Shown: positions 11,829-24,621 of the stretch, piece by piece | How the letters are laid out: each line of letters starts with the position of its first letter | How positions within the stretch are numbered: position 1 is the stretch's first letter | From: Octopus vulgaris | Taxonomy: Eukaryota | DNA length: 64,000 bases | Direction of reading: 5' to 3' | NCBI GenBank assembly: GCA_951406725.2 | Contig: OX597818.1 | Location: 144,088,001 to 144,152,000 of the forward strand | Made by a program: the position numbers and the translations under genes | The notes under the pieces: model-generated | Databases searched by the model: none | Seen by the model: only the letters and a program-made list of their open reading frames with translations | Told to the model about the DNA's origin: nothing

Positions 11829-12918
11829 TTTCTTTGCTGCTTGCGATAGTAGTCGAGGAGGAACAACTTCCGGGTCATCTCTACTAAATGTCACCACTCT
11901 GTTCTATGTCCAGCAGCCACCTTTATCCTTTCTAGTCAGCACCGTGCATTCCTTACTCTTTCCCTCCCTACTACACTATCAACTAGCAACCAGCCAGCGA
12001 ACTTGTTACTGCACTGCAGTTACCGTATTTTCAGGTGTATAAGCCGCTATTTTTCTTTTACCGTCAGGTTTTAATAATGCTACTTTTCATCTAATAAAGA
12101 CTTTTATATTGACGAAATATGTTTGTTGTTGATTATAGTAAGATAAAATCGTGACAATGACAATACATCTCATAGTTAGAAAATAAGGCATTTTGAAACT
12201 ACCTACACGTCAAGGACCTGTTCAGTTTGGCTCAAACACTGAAGAGATCCAATTTCATTGCAAGATATCCATTTTCCTAAAGGTTATGAGGGGAAAAATT
12301 CGGATCGTGTGAATTTTCCGAAAGTCCTATTCCCGCCCCCGATTCGTTACTGCAAATTTTTATTTTCATATTTCATTATTGCACATTTTTTTTTACACCT
12401 GTTACACTCGTTTTGATTTCTGTTTTGGTAACCAGTAGTAAAAGTAACGTTAACCGATAGAATACCAGGTTTCAAAAAATGAGCCCTGGGATCGATTCAT
12501 TCGACTAAATATTCCCCAAGGCGGTGCCCCAGCATAGCCGCAGGCTAATGACTCAAACAAGATACAATCAAAATATACTGAAATGATCTTAACGAAAGGT
12601 GTGGTTACTCGGCTGATTAAAACTAGCAGCCAAATCTTAAAATATTACTTTCGTTTTTATTTCCAAGAAGTGCTTACTTTAGATACAATGACCAGCAAAA
12701 CTTTCCAAGTACAAACAGAGATTTCGTAGAAAAGTAATCTATGGAGCTGTTATAATAAATAGCAGTATTTCACAGGAGATAAATCATTAACTGCCTGATG
12801 CGCAATGAACTCAATTACACTGACTTATTCCCCTTGTTCACAAGAATTTTTACTTTCATTTTGATTTCCGAGAAACAGAATCTTCACAAGTATTACTTTG
12901 TCATTACATACGTTCACT

Positions 12919-13566
12919 ATGTTCATCACACTGTCTCCAAAAGAGATCCGCTATACTCAAGATTCTATTTCTTCATGTTTTCAAAATGGAAACGAAATAC
13001 AAGATCTTATTTCAGACATTATCAAGGGTCAAACCACAATTAATGAAATTCGAACAATCAGAGTTTTCCGTAAAGATGAGAAACATTATAGTTTAGACAA
13101 TAGGAGACTTTACGTGTTCAAAGAAGTGCAACGGTTAAAGCAGCCAAATTTGAGGATAAGAGTCAAATTAATTCACCAAGTGGATTCTGACGTAGATAAG
13201 TTCACTACAACGAGCGATGGTTTATATATAAAAGTAAGAAAGGGACCTGCAAATAGAGTACCTAAACATACAACTGCGCCGACAAATATATATTCGTTTA
13301 GCGCAAGTCCCAGAAGAACTACATATGAAGAAAGTTTCAGAACTGCATATGAAGCAAGTCCCAGACCTACTTATGAAGCAAGTCCCAGACCTACTTATGA
13401 AGCAAGTACCAGAACTACTTATGCAACTGGATCTAGTTTCTCCAGTAGCTATGGAACGGATAACGTTTACAGACTGGACACTCCAAGAGTTCCGAATATT
13501 ATACGTAAAGAACCCACAAAGCCAACACCAGAGAAATCCGATGATTCTTGGTGTGTAATTCTTTAA
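12919..13566 (+). CDS. ParB/Srx-like CaaX protein, copy 2
   Basis: Paralogue of 2391-3035 with about 10 amino-acid replacements in the N-terminal part and a rearranged repeat linker; frame and CVIL* intact. Confidence 0.85.
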   Translation: MFITLSPKEIRYTQDSISSCFQNGNEIQDLISDIIKGQTTINEIRTIRVFRKDEKHYSLDNRRLYVFKEVQRLKQPNLRIRVKLIHQVDSDVDKFTTTSDGLYIKVRKGPANRVPKHTTAPTNIYSFSASPRRTTYEESFRTAYEASPRPTYEASPRPTYEASTRTTYATGSSFSSSYGTDNVYRLDTPRVPNIIRKEPTKPTPEKSDDSWCVIL

Positions 13567-14023
13567 ACAGTCATCCTGATGCTACTGACTCAAAGGAATA
13601 TCAATTTTAATTTTCTTCAATTTTGCTTGTTTTATTTGAGACGAAAATGGAACTTAAATTTAAATCTCTGATACTACGGATGTGAAGTAAGAACCTTCTA
13701 GTTTTCTTTACCTTTTTGGTAAAATTCTACCACCTCAACCCCACATTTTACAACAAAAAAAAAAGATTTAAAGTTACCGGTTTTCTTTTTACCTTTCCTA
13801 TTTTTACGGATAATAAAATGCATGCGAAGCAAAATATTAGAACTATTGGGATTTTAATTAAGTTTTCTTTATATATTCAAATTAATCATTTAAACGATTT
13901 TACTGGTAAATTATGACAAACGGAATAAAATTTGAACATTATCGAAGGGAAGTCGTTCTCTCCTCAGACACAGGAAAGCAACAATTGACCTTTCATTTAT
14001 TCTTTTCTCAAGTTATATAAAAC

Positions 14024-14081
<58 letters not shown>

Positions 14082-15831
14082 GTGTGTGTATGTATGTATG
14101 TATAAAAGGGACCGAGGTAAAAGAATACGCACACCACCCGTTTACGAAGTAACAAGGACCCTAGCCCCTAACACTGGTTGTACGTGTTCTTTACTTTCGC
14201 CATAAAAGGTTTTTGTTTCATTTAAACAATTTTAAAACGTCTAAATTATAAGTTTATCGTTTAATAAACCTCCCCACACGCGGCAAAATGTTTCAATCTC
14301 TCTGTTACCAACGAAAACGATAAGCTTCCTCGATATTATTATTGTGTAACCAGAAGCTTGTTACTTTTAAACGTTCTGGGGGAAAAAAAACTTCCTTTTC
14401 TACACACCCATATTTTTCTTTTTCTTTTTGTTAATGTGTACATCTTAACCTTATGGGGTCATTCATATCGATTCATTTCAAGATGACAACGCCGATACAT
14501 AGCAATACTGATTACACCCACAAAGGAATCTAAAAAAAAAGATTTTTTGCGTCGAAGTACCCTGAACTCCCAATATGCCACAAATCTCCCTTTTTTTATT
14601 TTCAGAAACAAAGGGAGGCTAGTGCTGGGGGAGCTTGGAATTACTCCCGAAAGTCCGAGGTCCACCACCACATAAACGGCTCCTTTCTACTGAAAATGGA
14701 AGATTTGGCTGCTATTTCTAGCACGCGCTGCTACCACGTAACAGCTATTTGCGATAGCAGCATGTCCTTTATCGCAAATACCTGTTCAGTGGTAGCAGGA
14801 CGTGCTAGAAATACCAGCCTAATCGGTTCATAACAACGTTTCACTTTGTTTCGCTTTAATTACAACTAGGGAGGGGGAGGTTGGGTGATCTGCTGTTCCT
14901 GTCATTATTAAAGTGTTGCCTGGTTTTTACCCCTTGATTTGCCTTTTCCCACTGGTCAACGGTTTCTGTAGATTGTATCTGTATAATGTCACTTCCTACT
15001 TTTTCTTAAAATACTGCGAAATGTGCTCCACATACAAAGAAGTTACATTTTAATTCAAACGAAATAACCAGTTCTTGAATCTTTCAGAAAATTAATAAAA
15101 GAAAAGTGGTGCGCTTTCGTATGTGAAAATAATCTTTTGTCACTAAACACTTTCAAACTTCGGACACGGGTGGAAAGGCGTGATTCAACTGAATAAAATG
15201 ACTGCCGTCGTTTGTCAACAAGAACTTCCGGCGGTGTATATTTCGTCTGTCACTGTTAATGACAACCCTTAACCACCCTTTCCTTACTGTATTTCTGTTG
15301 AGATGCTCTCTGTTTCTTTCAATTACTTTAAAAAAACAAAGAATTTAGTAAAGTAACTTAGTTATCATTCAGCTGGTTTTAGGAATATAGATTGTGACTA
15401 AGGATTGGTGGAAGATTTTAATTCAAAACTTATGAAAACAAGACATTTGTACTCAGAGCCACAGCCGGTTTCAGCCGGGTTGGTCACGAAAGGGTTAAAA
15501 CTAGTACAAACGCACGATATGTCATAAATAGCAATTACAAACGAAAAACCCACCGCCGATAGTTTTTGTTGACAAACAACAGCAGTAATTTTATTCAGCT
15601 GAATACACGTCATTGATTGGTTGAAATTACCGAAATACGAAAACTTTGAGACGTGAAATAACTTCGTAAATAGGTTTTTCACAAAAATGCTAAGAGTAAA
15701 AGATATTTCATATGACACATTCTACCAGTGTCCGAAGTTTGAAACTGTTTAGTTACAAAAGATTATTTTTTAAATCTGTCGGTCAAAAGGTAAAGATCCG
15801 CAACCAGTTGCTCAGACAGCCGGCACATACC

Positions 15832-16062
15832 TATTTCTTTACTACCCACAAGGGGCTAAACACAGAGGGGACAAACAAGGACAGACGTAGGTATTAAGTC
15901 GATTACATCGACCCCAGTGCGTAACTGGTACATAATATATCGACCCCGAAAGGATGAAAGGTAAAGTCGACCTGGGCGGAATTTGAACTCACAACGTAAC
16001 GGCAGACGAAATACCGCTAAGCATTTCGCCCGGCGTGCTAACGGTTCTGCCAGCTCGCCGCC
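15832..16062 (-). mobile_element. tRNA-derived SINE (unit 2 copy)
   Basis: Duplicate of 5363-5593 with the same TSD. Confidence 0.9.
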
Positions 16063-16780
16063 AGACAGCCGGCACATACCATTTCGCTAGCCACAAGGGG
16101 AGCACAGGATGACAGTCAGCCCAAACCGTCGCTATGCTGTATCTCTTCTTTCCTCTCTCTGTCTCTCTTATTAAGAAGATGTATGTATATTGTGCTAAGA
16201 TTCGTTATCAAAAGTTATCCTTACTGAGAAGAAGCAGTCAAAAGCAACCACCACATACAATCACCAAACATCTCCACTACTTAACACCGTCCAAGTTAAC
16301 CTGCTTCACCTTTTCAACTGACATGAAACACTACGAGGAAAAGCAACCATTTTAATTTAGCCAAAAAAGAGAAAAAATCGATTGCTATGAAAACGCGTAA
16401 AATTTGAGGGTTAATAATCTTAAATCTTTAGTTACAGTTTCTCATTCAAACTACATAATAAGCAGAATTGTCAGATTAAGACAGTGGGGTGTTTTGAGGG
16501 AGATTTGGCTGCTGTTTCTACTAGGTCTAGCTACCATGTAGAAGTCTCCCTTATTGGCTCATACATACATATATGCATAAACTCGAAATAAAATACATAA
16601 AGCAACAGGCGTCAAATACAAATGCCGAGGTTCATGCAGTGTCATGAGCCCAAATATTTCCAACTTCTAGTCTAATGCGAGCTCAGAGCAATCTCTTATC
16701 TCTTACACTATTTCAGTATTATGTCTGTATTGTAATGCGAGATAATACTTTCAGTTTGAAAGAAGTCTGTCCTCTCTCTC

Positions 16781-17334
16781 TCTATATATATATATTATAT
16801 AAAATCCGTTCTGTCTGCTTGTGTGTGTGTCTTCTCTGATCTCGGGCATCCTCCATCCGATTGCGCTCAAATTTGATATGTAGATACCGACGGTATCAGG
16901 GCGTGTATAAGTCTTGAAACAACTACAAAAATCGATTCCAGGTGAGAATGCGATCAATAAAGCCGTTATTTCCGTCAACCTGTACATAACTGCACCTTCC
17001 ATTTTTTTGTTGGTTTTGTACTGCTTAAAGACACGTTTCGTTCCTGCCAAGTTTACTGTTTAAACCGTGTCTGTGTTCTCCCAGTTAAAAGCCTATTCAT
17101 TACTGGTACTTTAAAATCTTTGGTTGCATATTTGTGTGAATAAAATCGTTTTTCTTTGGAATAGAAAAAAGTTTATCGTTATTTCTTCTTTTGCTGGTGT
17201 CTCAAATTTAGATTAAATCAGTGTTTCCCAAATGTGAGGCCTATGGGACGGACGGACAAGTTTTGAGAATATTTGGTGTCAATGTTTGACAACTCAGCAC
17301 CGTCCATTGGACAGGGGGCGTTTTGCTCGTGTGT

Positions 17335-17384
<50 letters not shown>

Positions 17385-18141
17385 CTTATGCATTCTAAAA
17401 CCGAGTTATAGATTTTCACGAATGGGGTATCAAAAGATTCAGTACTATTTCGGTAACAAATTAAGCAGGTATGTTCCATACCATTCTTATAAAAATGATA
17501 ACTCTGTCCAAATTGGTGTGCTAAACACAAATTGGTGTTTCTGTAGAGCTTTAAAATTTTCAAGTGAAACAAATGGTATGTGCTGCTCAGGTGGTCAGGT
17601 AACATTGCCAGCACTACCAGCTCCTTCTCAACCACTTATGGATCTTCTAGAAGGCACTTCCATCCAGTCAAAGGATTTTCTGAACAATATCAGGTAATAC
17701 AACTCTGCATTTCAAATGACATCGTTTGGTGCATCTAAGAAGATAAACACGAGTTTACGCTGACGTCAAAGTTCAAGGGCAAGTCCATCACCTTATTGGT
17801 TCCCTGTGGCCCAGAAATGAACAACCACAGATCCTCCAAATTTACTTTATGAGTGATGTAGGACAACAAACCCGAAGGAGGTGTTAAATTTTCCGATGAT
17901 GGGTCGTGTTAGACACAGCGTTGACTGCTGCAAAAGAGAGTATATCCACTGACAGCTTTTCTGTGCGTTCAAAACTCACATGACCCCATGTTGCTTTGTC
18001 GAATTAGCGCAGCATTTACTCCACAAATGTTTTGTTGTCAATGCTTCACTTTCCCATATCACCTCTTTCAACATAATCTGTAATATGTTACATACAAACT
18101 ATGCCATTTTAATCCCGAGCAACGCCGGGTGCCTCTGCTAG
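16781..18141 (+). mobile_element. Non-autonomous Helitron (unit 2 copy)
   Basis: Same hairpin and CTAG end at 18114-18141; carries a ~57-bp internal deletion relative to copy 1. Confidence 0.85.
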
Positions 18142-19573
18142 TAAACTCATATAAGCACATATATCCACATGCATTTATATATTAACGATGTACGCAAATA
18201 CACGACAGGTAAACATAATACTGAAGTACGCATGAAGTAAACACATAAAGATAAATATAACAAACAACGCAGAGACAAAGCATCTTTACCTTTTGACCGA
18301 CAGATTAAAAAATATTTTTTTGTAACTAAACACTTTCAAACTTCGGACACAGGTAGAATGTGTCATATAAAATATCTTTTACTCTTAGCATTTTTGGGAA
18401 AAACATTTACGAAATTATTTCACGTTAAAGTAGTCGTATTTCGGTAATTTCAACCAATCAATGACGTGTATTCAGCTGAATAAAATTACTGCCATTGTTT
18501 GTCAACAAAAACTATCGGCGGTGGGTTTTTCCTTTGTCACTGTTATTTGTGACATCGTTCGTGCGTTTGTACTGGTTTTAACTTGAGGGTTTTAAGGTTA
18601 GGATTTTAGGGTTGTCATAAATAACAGTGACAAACGAAATATACACCGCCGGAAGTTCTTGTTGACAAACAACAGCAGTAATTTTATTCAGCTGAATACA
18701 CGTCATCGATTGGTTGAAATTACCGAAATAGGACAACTTTAACATGAAATAACTTCGTAAATATAAGTTTTTCTCAGAAATACTAAGAGTAAAAGACGTT
18801 TTATAAGACACATTCTACCAGTATTCGAAGTTTGAAAGTGTTTGGTTAAAAAAAATATTTTTCAAATCTGAGACAAAAGAAACAGTAAGATGATACATGC
18901 TGATTTTATTAGGTATTTCCGTTTATTTAGAAACCTACAATGAACAGGTCAGACGCTAAACTCTAAATTCCACAGGGTACAACCTTAAAGTTAACATCGC
19001 TCCGCTGAATTATAGCCGATTTTCAGATTTTTTACTGTGTTTTAAAAAATGCTTACTTTACGAATGAAAAAAACTAGATCCGAAAAAGGTTTTTAACAAG
19101 ATCCGATGTATCATGGTGAGAGAAACAAATTCATAAATAAGGTGTTGAATATAGTTTCACTGTGGGAAAAATGTTAAGGTCAATTTAGCTGTTGCTTTTA
19201 GCGCATCACTACAATTGGGATCTTTAAAAAAACTCATACCTTTTAGGAGAATGGGGTTTTTTTTCAATGAAATTTTATAGAAATACCTTTCATACGGCAT
19301 ACATTACGATTATAAAGAAATTTCTGGGGAAATCTTTTCCAAGGAGGTGGGGAGAGAACATCGGAAAATTTACAAAATCCGAGTTTTTTCTCATAACTTT
19401 CAGGAAAATGGGTCTTTTTTTTTTCAATGAAATTTTATAGAAATATCTCTGCAACGGCATACATTACGATTATAAAGTAATTTGTGGGGAAAATCTTTTC
19501 CGAAGGGTGGGGAGAGGACTTTGGAAAATTCACAAGATGCAAGTCATTCCCTCATAATTGTATATATATATAT

Positions 19574-20822
19574 ATATGGGATACCTCGAGAAAATACTAT
19601 ACCGGATGACACTCGAGAAATATGGAAACACCTTCGCCACCTATATCCATAACAACTGGAAAAGATACCTCGATGACTGTTTCATCATCTGGGACAAAGG
19701 CATAGAGAAACTTGAGGAATTTAAAATTCTATTAAATGGAATAAATGACAATATACAATTCACGATGGACCACAACGAAAAAGAATTACCATTTTTAGAC
19801 ATCCTCATTAAGAAAACCGGCAACAAAATAGAGACAGATATCTACTATAAACCGACAGACTCTAAACAGTACCTACCCTTTGATTCATGCCACCCACGAC
19901 ACACTAGAATGAATGTCCGATACAGCTAAGGGTCAGACCCGATTCTGATTGGTCAACAAGTTGATGACGTCTAGCTCTGCTAGAATGGACAGGATACAAA
20001 CAGGGGACAGTCATTAGTCAGAATATTGATGACGTCCTTTTCTGCTTGAATAGTTACCTAACAAGTACAGACAGGTGGCAGATCTAATGTAGCTATAAGT
20101 CGTGATTGGGCAGAATCTGGATGACGTCCCGCTCTGCTTGACTAACGAAGCGACTGGTCAAAACAGGAAACAAACAAGAGGCAGATATAATGCAGCGATT
20201 GGTCAAAATAATGATGACGTCCCGTTCTACTTGACTAACGAAGCGACTGGTCAAAACAGGAAACAAACAAGAGGGAGTTATAATGCAGCGATTGGTCAAA
20301 ATAATGATGACGTCCCGTTCTACTTGATTAAAGCCACCTAACGAAACGATTGGTGAAAACATTGATGACGTCACGCTACGCTAGATTGACCACCTAACAG
20401 GCATTATAAAACCGAGCATTTCACAAAAACTCACTAGAACCACCCAGCGAACTTCCACCATGGGTCATCACAATTGTTTAAGGTAAAAATGAATTCCTCG
20501 CTCTTTCGGAAACATCAATCTTCTGTATTGACCGCTTTCCACCACTTTGATCTGTTTTTTGTATTGAATACGTATCGCCACCGTGGGCGACTGCATCGAA
20601 CACTTTGAACATATACTTCAAACTATATATCAACTATACATGAACTATATATCAACTATACATGAACTCTAAGATGTCTGACTCCGTTGTGTATTATAAA
20701 TGAATTTCTTGTGTTTGACGGCATGAGCTGTCTTTTTTTATATATAACTTTTTTTGATAAGGTTCATTTCAGGAACTGAAACATGTTATAATGTATATAT
20801 AAAAATTAAAAATTGTATAATA
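19574..20822 (+). mobile_element. Penelope-like retroelement remnant (unit 2 copy)
   Basis: Duplicate of 9222-10470. Confidence 0.85.
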
Positions 20823-20961
20823 CAGCAGCATTTTCGAACTTCATTTTTTAAAAATATATATATATATATATATATATAAGTATGTGTGTGCGTATCTATC
20901 TATCTCTCTCTCTCTCGTTGCTGTGTTTTTTTCTGTGTTTTCTTGTTTGGATTAACTCTCA

Positions 20962-21010
<49 letters not shown>

Positions 21011-21189
21011 TATATAAAGAGAGAGAGAGAGAGAGAGAAAGTAATAAAGAGTGAATGAGAATAATTGAAAATGAAACAAAATTGAAGCCAAATAACTAAA
21101 AATTATAGAAAGTGGGTAGAAATAAACACTACGTAGTGTAGTAGTACTACGCTAGGGTATGTGTAGAAAGTTGAACGTGATTTCGGAAT

Positions 21190-22340
21190 ATAATGAGGAA
21201 AAATTCGGATCTTGGGGATTTTCCGAAAGTTCGCTACCAACATCAAGATTTTCCTACAACTTACTTTATAGTTGTAATGAATGCCGTTTCAATAGTATTT
21301 CTATAAAATTTCATTGAAAAAAAACCATTTTCCTAAAACTTGTGAGGGAAAAACTCGGATTTTGTGAATTTTCCGAAGTTCTCTCCCCACCGAGTTGGAT
21401 AAGATTTTCCACAAAAATTTCTTTATAATCCGAAAGTATGCCGCTTGAAAGGTATTTCTATAAAATTTCATTGAAAACAACCCATTTTCCCAAAACTTGT
21501 GAGGGAAAAACTCGGATTTTGTGAATTTTCCCAAGTCCTCTCCCCACCGAGTTGGATAAGATTTTCCACACAAATTTCTTTATAATCCCAAAGCATGCCG
21601 TTTGAAAGGTATTTATATAAAATTTCATTCAAAAAACCCAATTTTCCTAAAACTTGTGAGGGAAAAACTCGGATTTTGTGAATTTTCCGAAGTCCTCTCC
21701 CCACCGAGTTGGATAAGATTTTCCACACAAATTTCTTTATAATCCCAAAGCATGCCCTTTGAAAGGTATTTCTATAAAATTTCATTCAAAAAACCCCATT
21801 TTCTTAAAACTTGTGAGGGAAAAACTCGGATTTTGTGAATTTTCCGAAGTCCTCTCCCCACCGAGTTGGATAAGATTTTCCACACAAATTTCTTTATAAT
21901 CCGAAAGTATGCCGCTTGAAAGGTATTTCTATAAAATTTCATTAAAAAAAAACCATTTTCCTGAAAGTTACGAGGGAAAAGCTCGAATATTGTGAATTTT
22001 CCCAAGTCCTTTCCCCATCCCCTTGGAAAAGATTTTCCTCACAAATTTCTTTCTAATCCGAAAGCATGCCCTTTGAAAGGTATTTCTATAAAATTTCATT
22101 GAAAATAACCCATTTTCCTAAAAGTTATGTGGGAAAAACTCGGATTTTGTGAATTTTCCGAAGTCCTTTCCCCATCCCCGTTGGAAAAGATTTTCCTCAC
22201 AAATTTCTTTATAATCGTAATCTATGCCGTTTGAAAGGTATTTCTATAAAATTTCATTGAAGAAACCCCATTTTCCTAAAAGTTACGAGGGAAAAACTCG
22301 GATCTTATAAATTTTCCAAAGTCCTCTCCCCACCCTCCCG
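21190..22340 (+). repeat. 157-bp tandem satellite, unit 3 (7 monomer starts)
   Basis: Monomers at 21301, 21458, 21615, 21772, 21929, 22086 and 22244. Confidence 0.95.
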
Positions 22341-23433
22341 TTTCTTTGCTGCTTGCGATAGTAGTCGAGGAGGAACAACTTCCGGGTCATCTCTACTAAA
22401 TGTCACCACTCTGTTCTATGTCCAGCAGCCACCTTTATCCTTTCTAGTCAGCACCGTGCATTCCTTACTCTTTCCCTCCCTACTACACTATCAACTAGCA
22501 ACCAGCCAGCGAACTTGTTACTGCACTGCAGTTACCGTATTTTCAGGTGTATAAGCCGCTATTTTTCTTTTACCGTCAGGTTTTAATGATGCTATTTTTC
22601 ATCTAATAAAGACTTTTATATTGACGAAATATGTTTGTTGTTGATTATAGTAAGATAAAATCATGACAATGACAATACATCTCATAGTTAGAAAATAAGG
22701 CATTTTGAAACTACATACACGTCAAGGACCTGTTCAGTTTGGCTCAAACACTGAAGAGATCCAATTTCATTGCAAGATATCCATTTTCCTAAAGGTTATG
22801 AGGGGGAAAATTCGGATCGTGTGAATTTTCCGAAAGTCCTATTCCCGCCCCCGATTCGTTACTGCAAATTTTTATTTTCATATTTCATTATTGCACATTT
22901 TTTTTTACACCTGTTACACTCGTTTTGATTTCTGTTTTGGTAACCAGTAGTAAAAGTAACGTTAACCGATAGAATACCAGGTTTCAAAAAATGAGCCCTG
23001 GGATCGATTCATTCGACTAAATATTCTCCAAGGCGGTGCCCCAGCATAGCCGCAGGCTAATGACTCAAACAAGATACAATCAAAATATACTGAAATGATC
23101 TTAACGAAAGAAGGTGCAGTTACTCGGCTGATTAAAACTAGCAGCCAAATCTTAAAATATTACTTTCGTTTTTATTTCCAAGAAGTGCTTACTTTAGATA
23201 CTATGACCAGCAAAACTTTCCAAGTACAAACAGAGATTTCGTAGAAAAGTAATCTATGGAGCTGTTATAATAAATAGCAGTATTTCACAGGAGATAAATC
23301 ATTAACTGCCTGATGCGCAATGAACTCAATTACACTGACTTATTCCCCTTGTTCACAAGAATTTTTACTTTCATTTTGATTTCCGAGAAACAGAATCTTC
23401 ACAAGTATTACTTTGTCATTACATACGTTCACT

Positions 23434-24081
23434 ATGTTCATCACACTGTCTCCAGAAGAGATCCGCTACACTCAAGATTCTATTTCTTCATGTTTTCAAA
23501 ATGGAAACGAAATACAAGATCTTATTTCAGACATTATCAAGGGTCAAACCACAATTAATGAAATTCGAACAATCAGAGTTTTCCGTAAAGATGAGAAACA
23601 TTATAGTTTAGACAATAGGAGACTTTACGTGTTCAAAGAAGTGCAACGGTTAAAGCAGCCAAATTTGAGGATAAGAGTCAAATTAATTCACCAAGTGGAT
23701 TCTGACGTAGATAAGTTCACTACAACGAGCGATGGTTTATATATAAAAGTAAGAAAGGGACCTGCAAATAGAGTACCTAAACATACAACTGCGCCGACAA
23801 ATATATATTCGTTTAGCGCAAGTCCCAGAAGAACTACATATGAAGAAAGTTTCAGAACTGCATATGAAGCAAGTCCCAGACCTACTTATGAAGCAAGTCC
23901 CAGACCTACTTATGAAGCAAGTACCAGAACTACTTATGCAACTGGATCTAGTTTCTCCAGTAGCTATGGAACGGATAACGTTTACAGACTGGACACTCCA
24001 AGAGTTCCGAATATTATACGTAAAGAACCCACAAAGCCAACACCAGAGAAATCCGATGATTCTTGGTGTGTAATTCTTTAA
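23434..24081 (+). CDS. ParB/Srx-like CaaX protein, copy 3
   Basis: Same protein as copy 2 except K>E (SPEEIRY); one silent change seen; frame intact. Confidence 0.85.
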   Translation: MFITLSPEEIRYTQDSISSCFQNGNEIQDLISDIIKGQTTINEIRTIRVFRKDEKHYSLDNRRLYVFKEVQRLKQPNLRIRVKLIHQVDSDVDKFTTTSDGLYIKVRKGPANRVPKHTTAPTNIYSFSASPRRTTYEESFRTAYEASPRPTYEASPRPTYEASTRTTYATGSSFSSSYGTDNVYRLDTPRVPNIIRKEPTKPTPEKSDDSWCVIL

Positions 24082-24539
24082 ACAGTCATCCTGATGCTAC
24101 TGACTCAAAGGAATATCAATTTTAATTTTCTTCAATTTTGCTTGTTTTATTTGAGACGAAAATGGAACTTAAATTTAAATCTCTGATACTACGGATGTGA
24201 AGTAAGAACCTTCTAGTTTTCTTTACCTTTTTGGTAAAATTCTACCACCTCAACCCCACATTTTACAACAAAAAAAAAAGATTTAAAGTTACCGGTTTTT
24301 TTTTTTACCTTTCCTATTTTTACGGATAATAAAATGCATGCGAAGCAAAATATTAGAACTATTGGGATTTTAATTAAGTTTTCTTTATATATTCAAATTA
24401 ATCATTTAAACGATTTTACTGGTAAATTATGACAAACGGAATAAAATTTGAACATTATCGAAGGGAAGTCGTTCTCTCCTCAGACACAGGAAAGCAACAA
24501 TTGACCTTTCATTTATTCTTTTCTCAAGTTATATAAAAC

Positions 24540-24579
<40 letters not shown>

Positions 24580-24585
24580 AACTTC

Positions 24586-24621
<36 letters not shown>

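Noticed and set aside
24578-24590. ATAACTTCG resembling a loxP half-site
   Set aside because: Only 9 bp match, with no spacer or second arm; coincidence.
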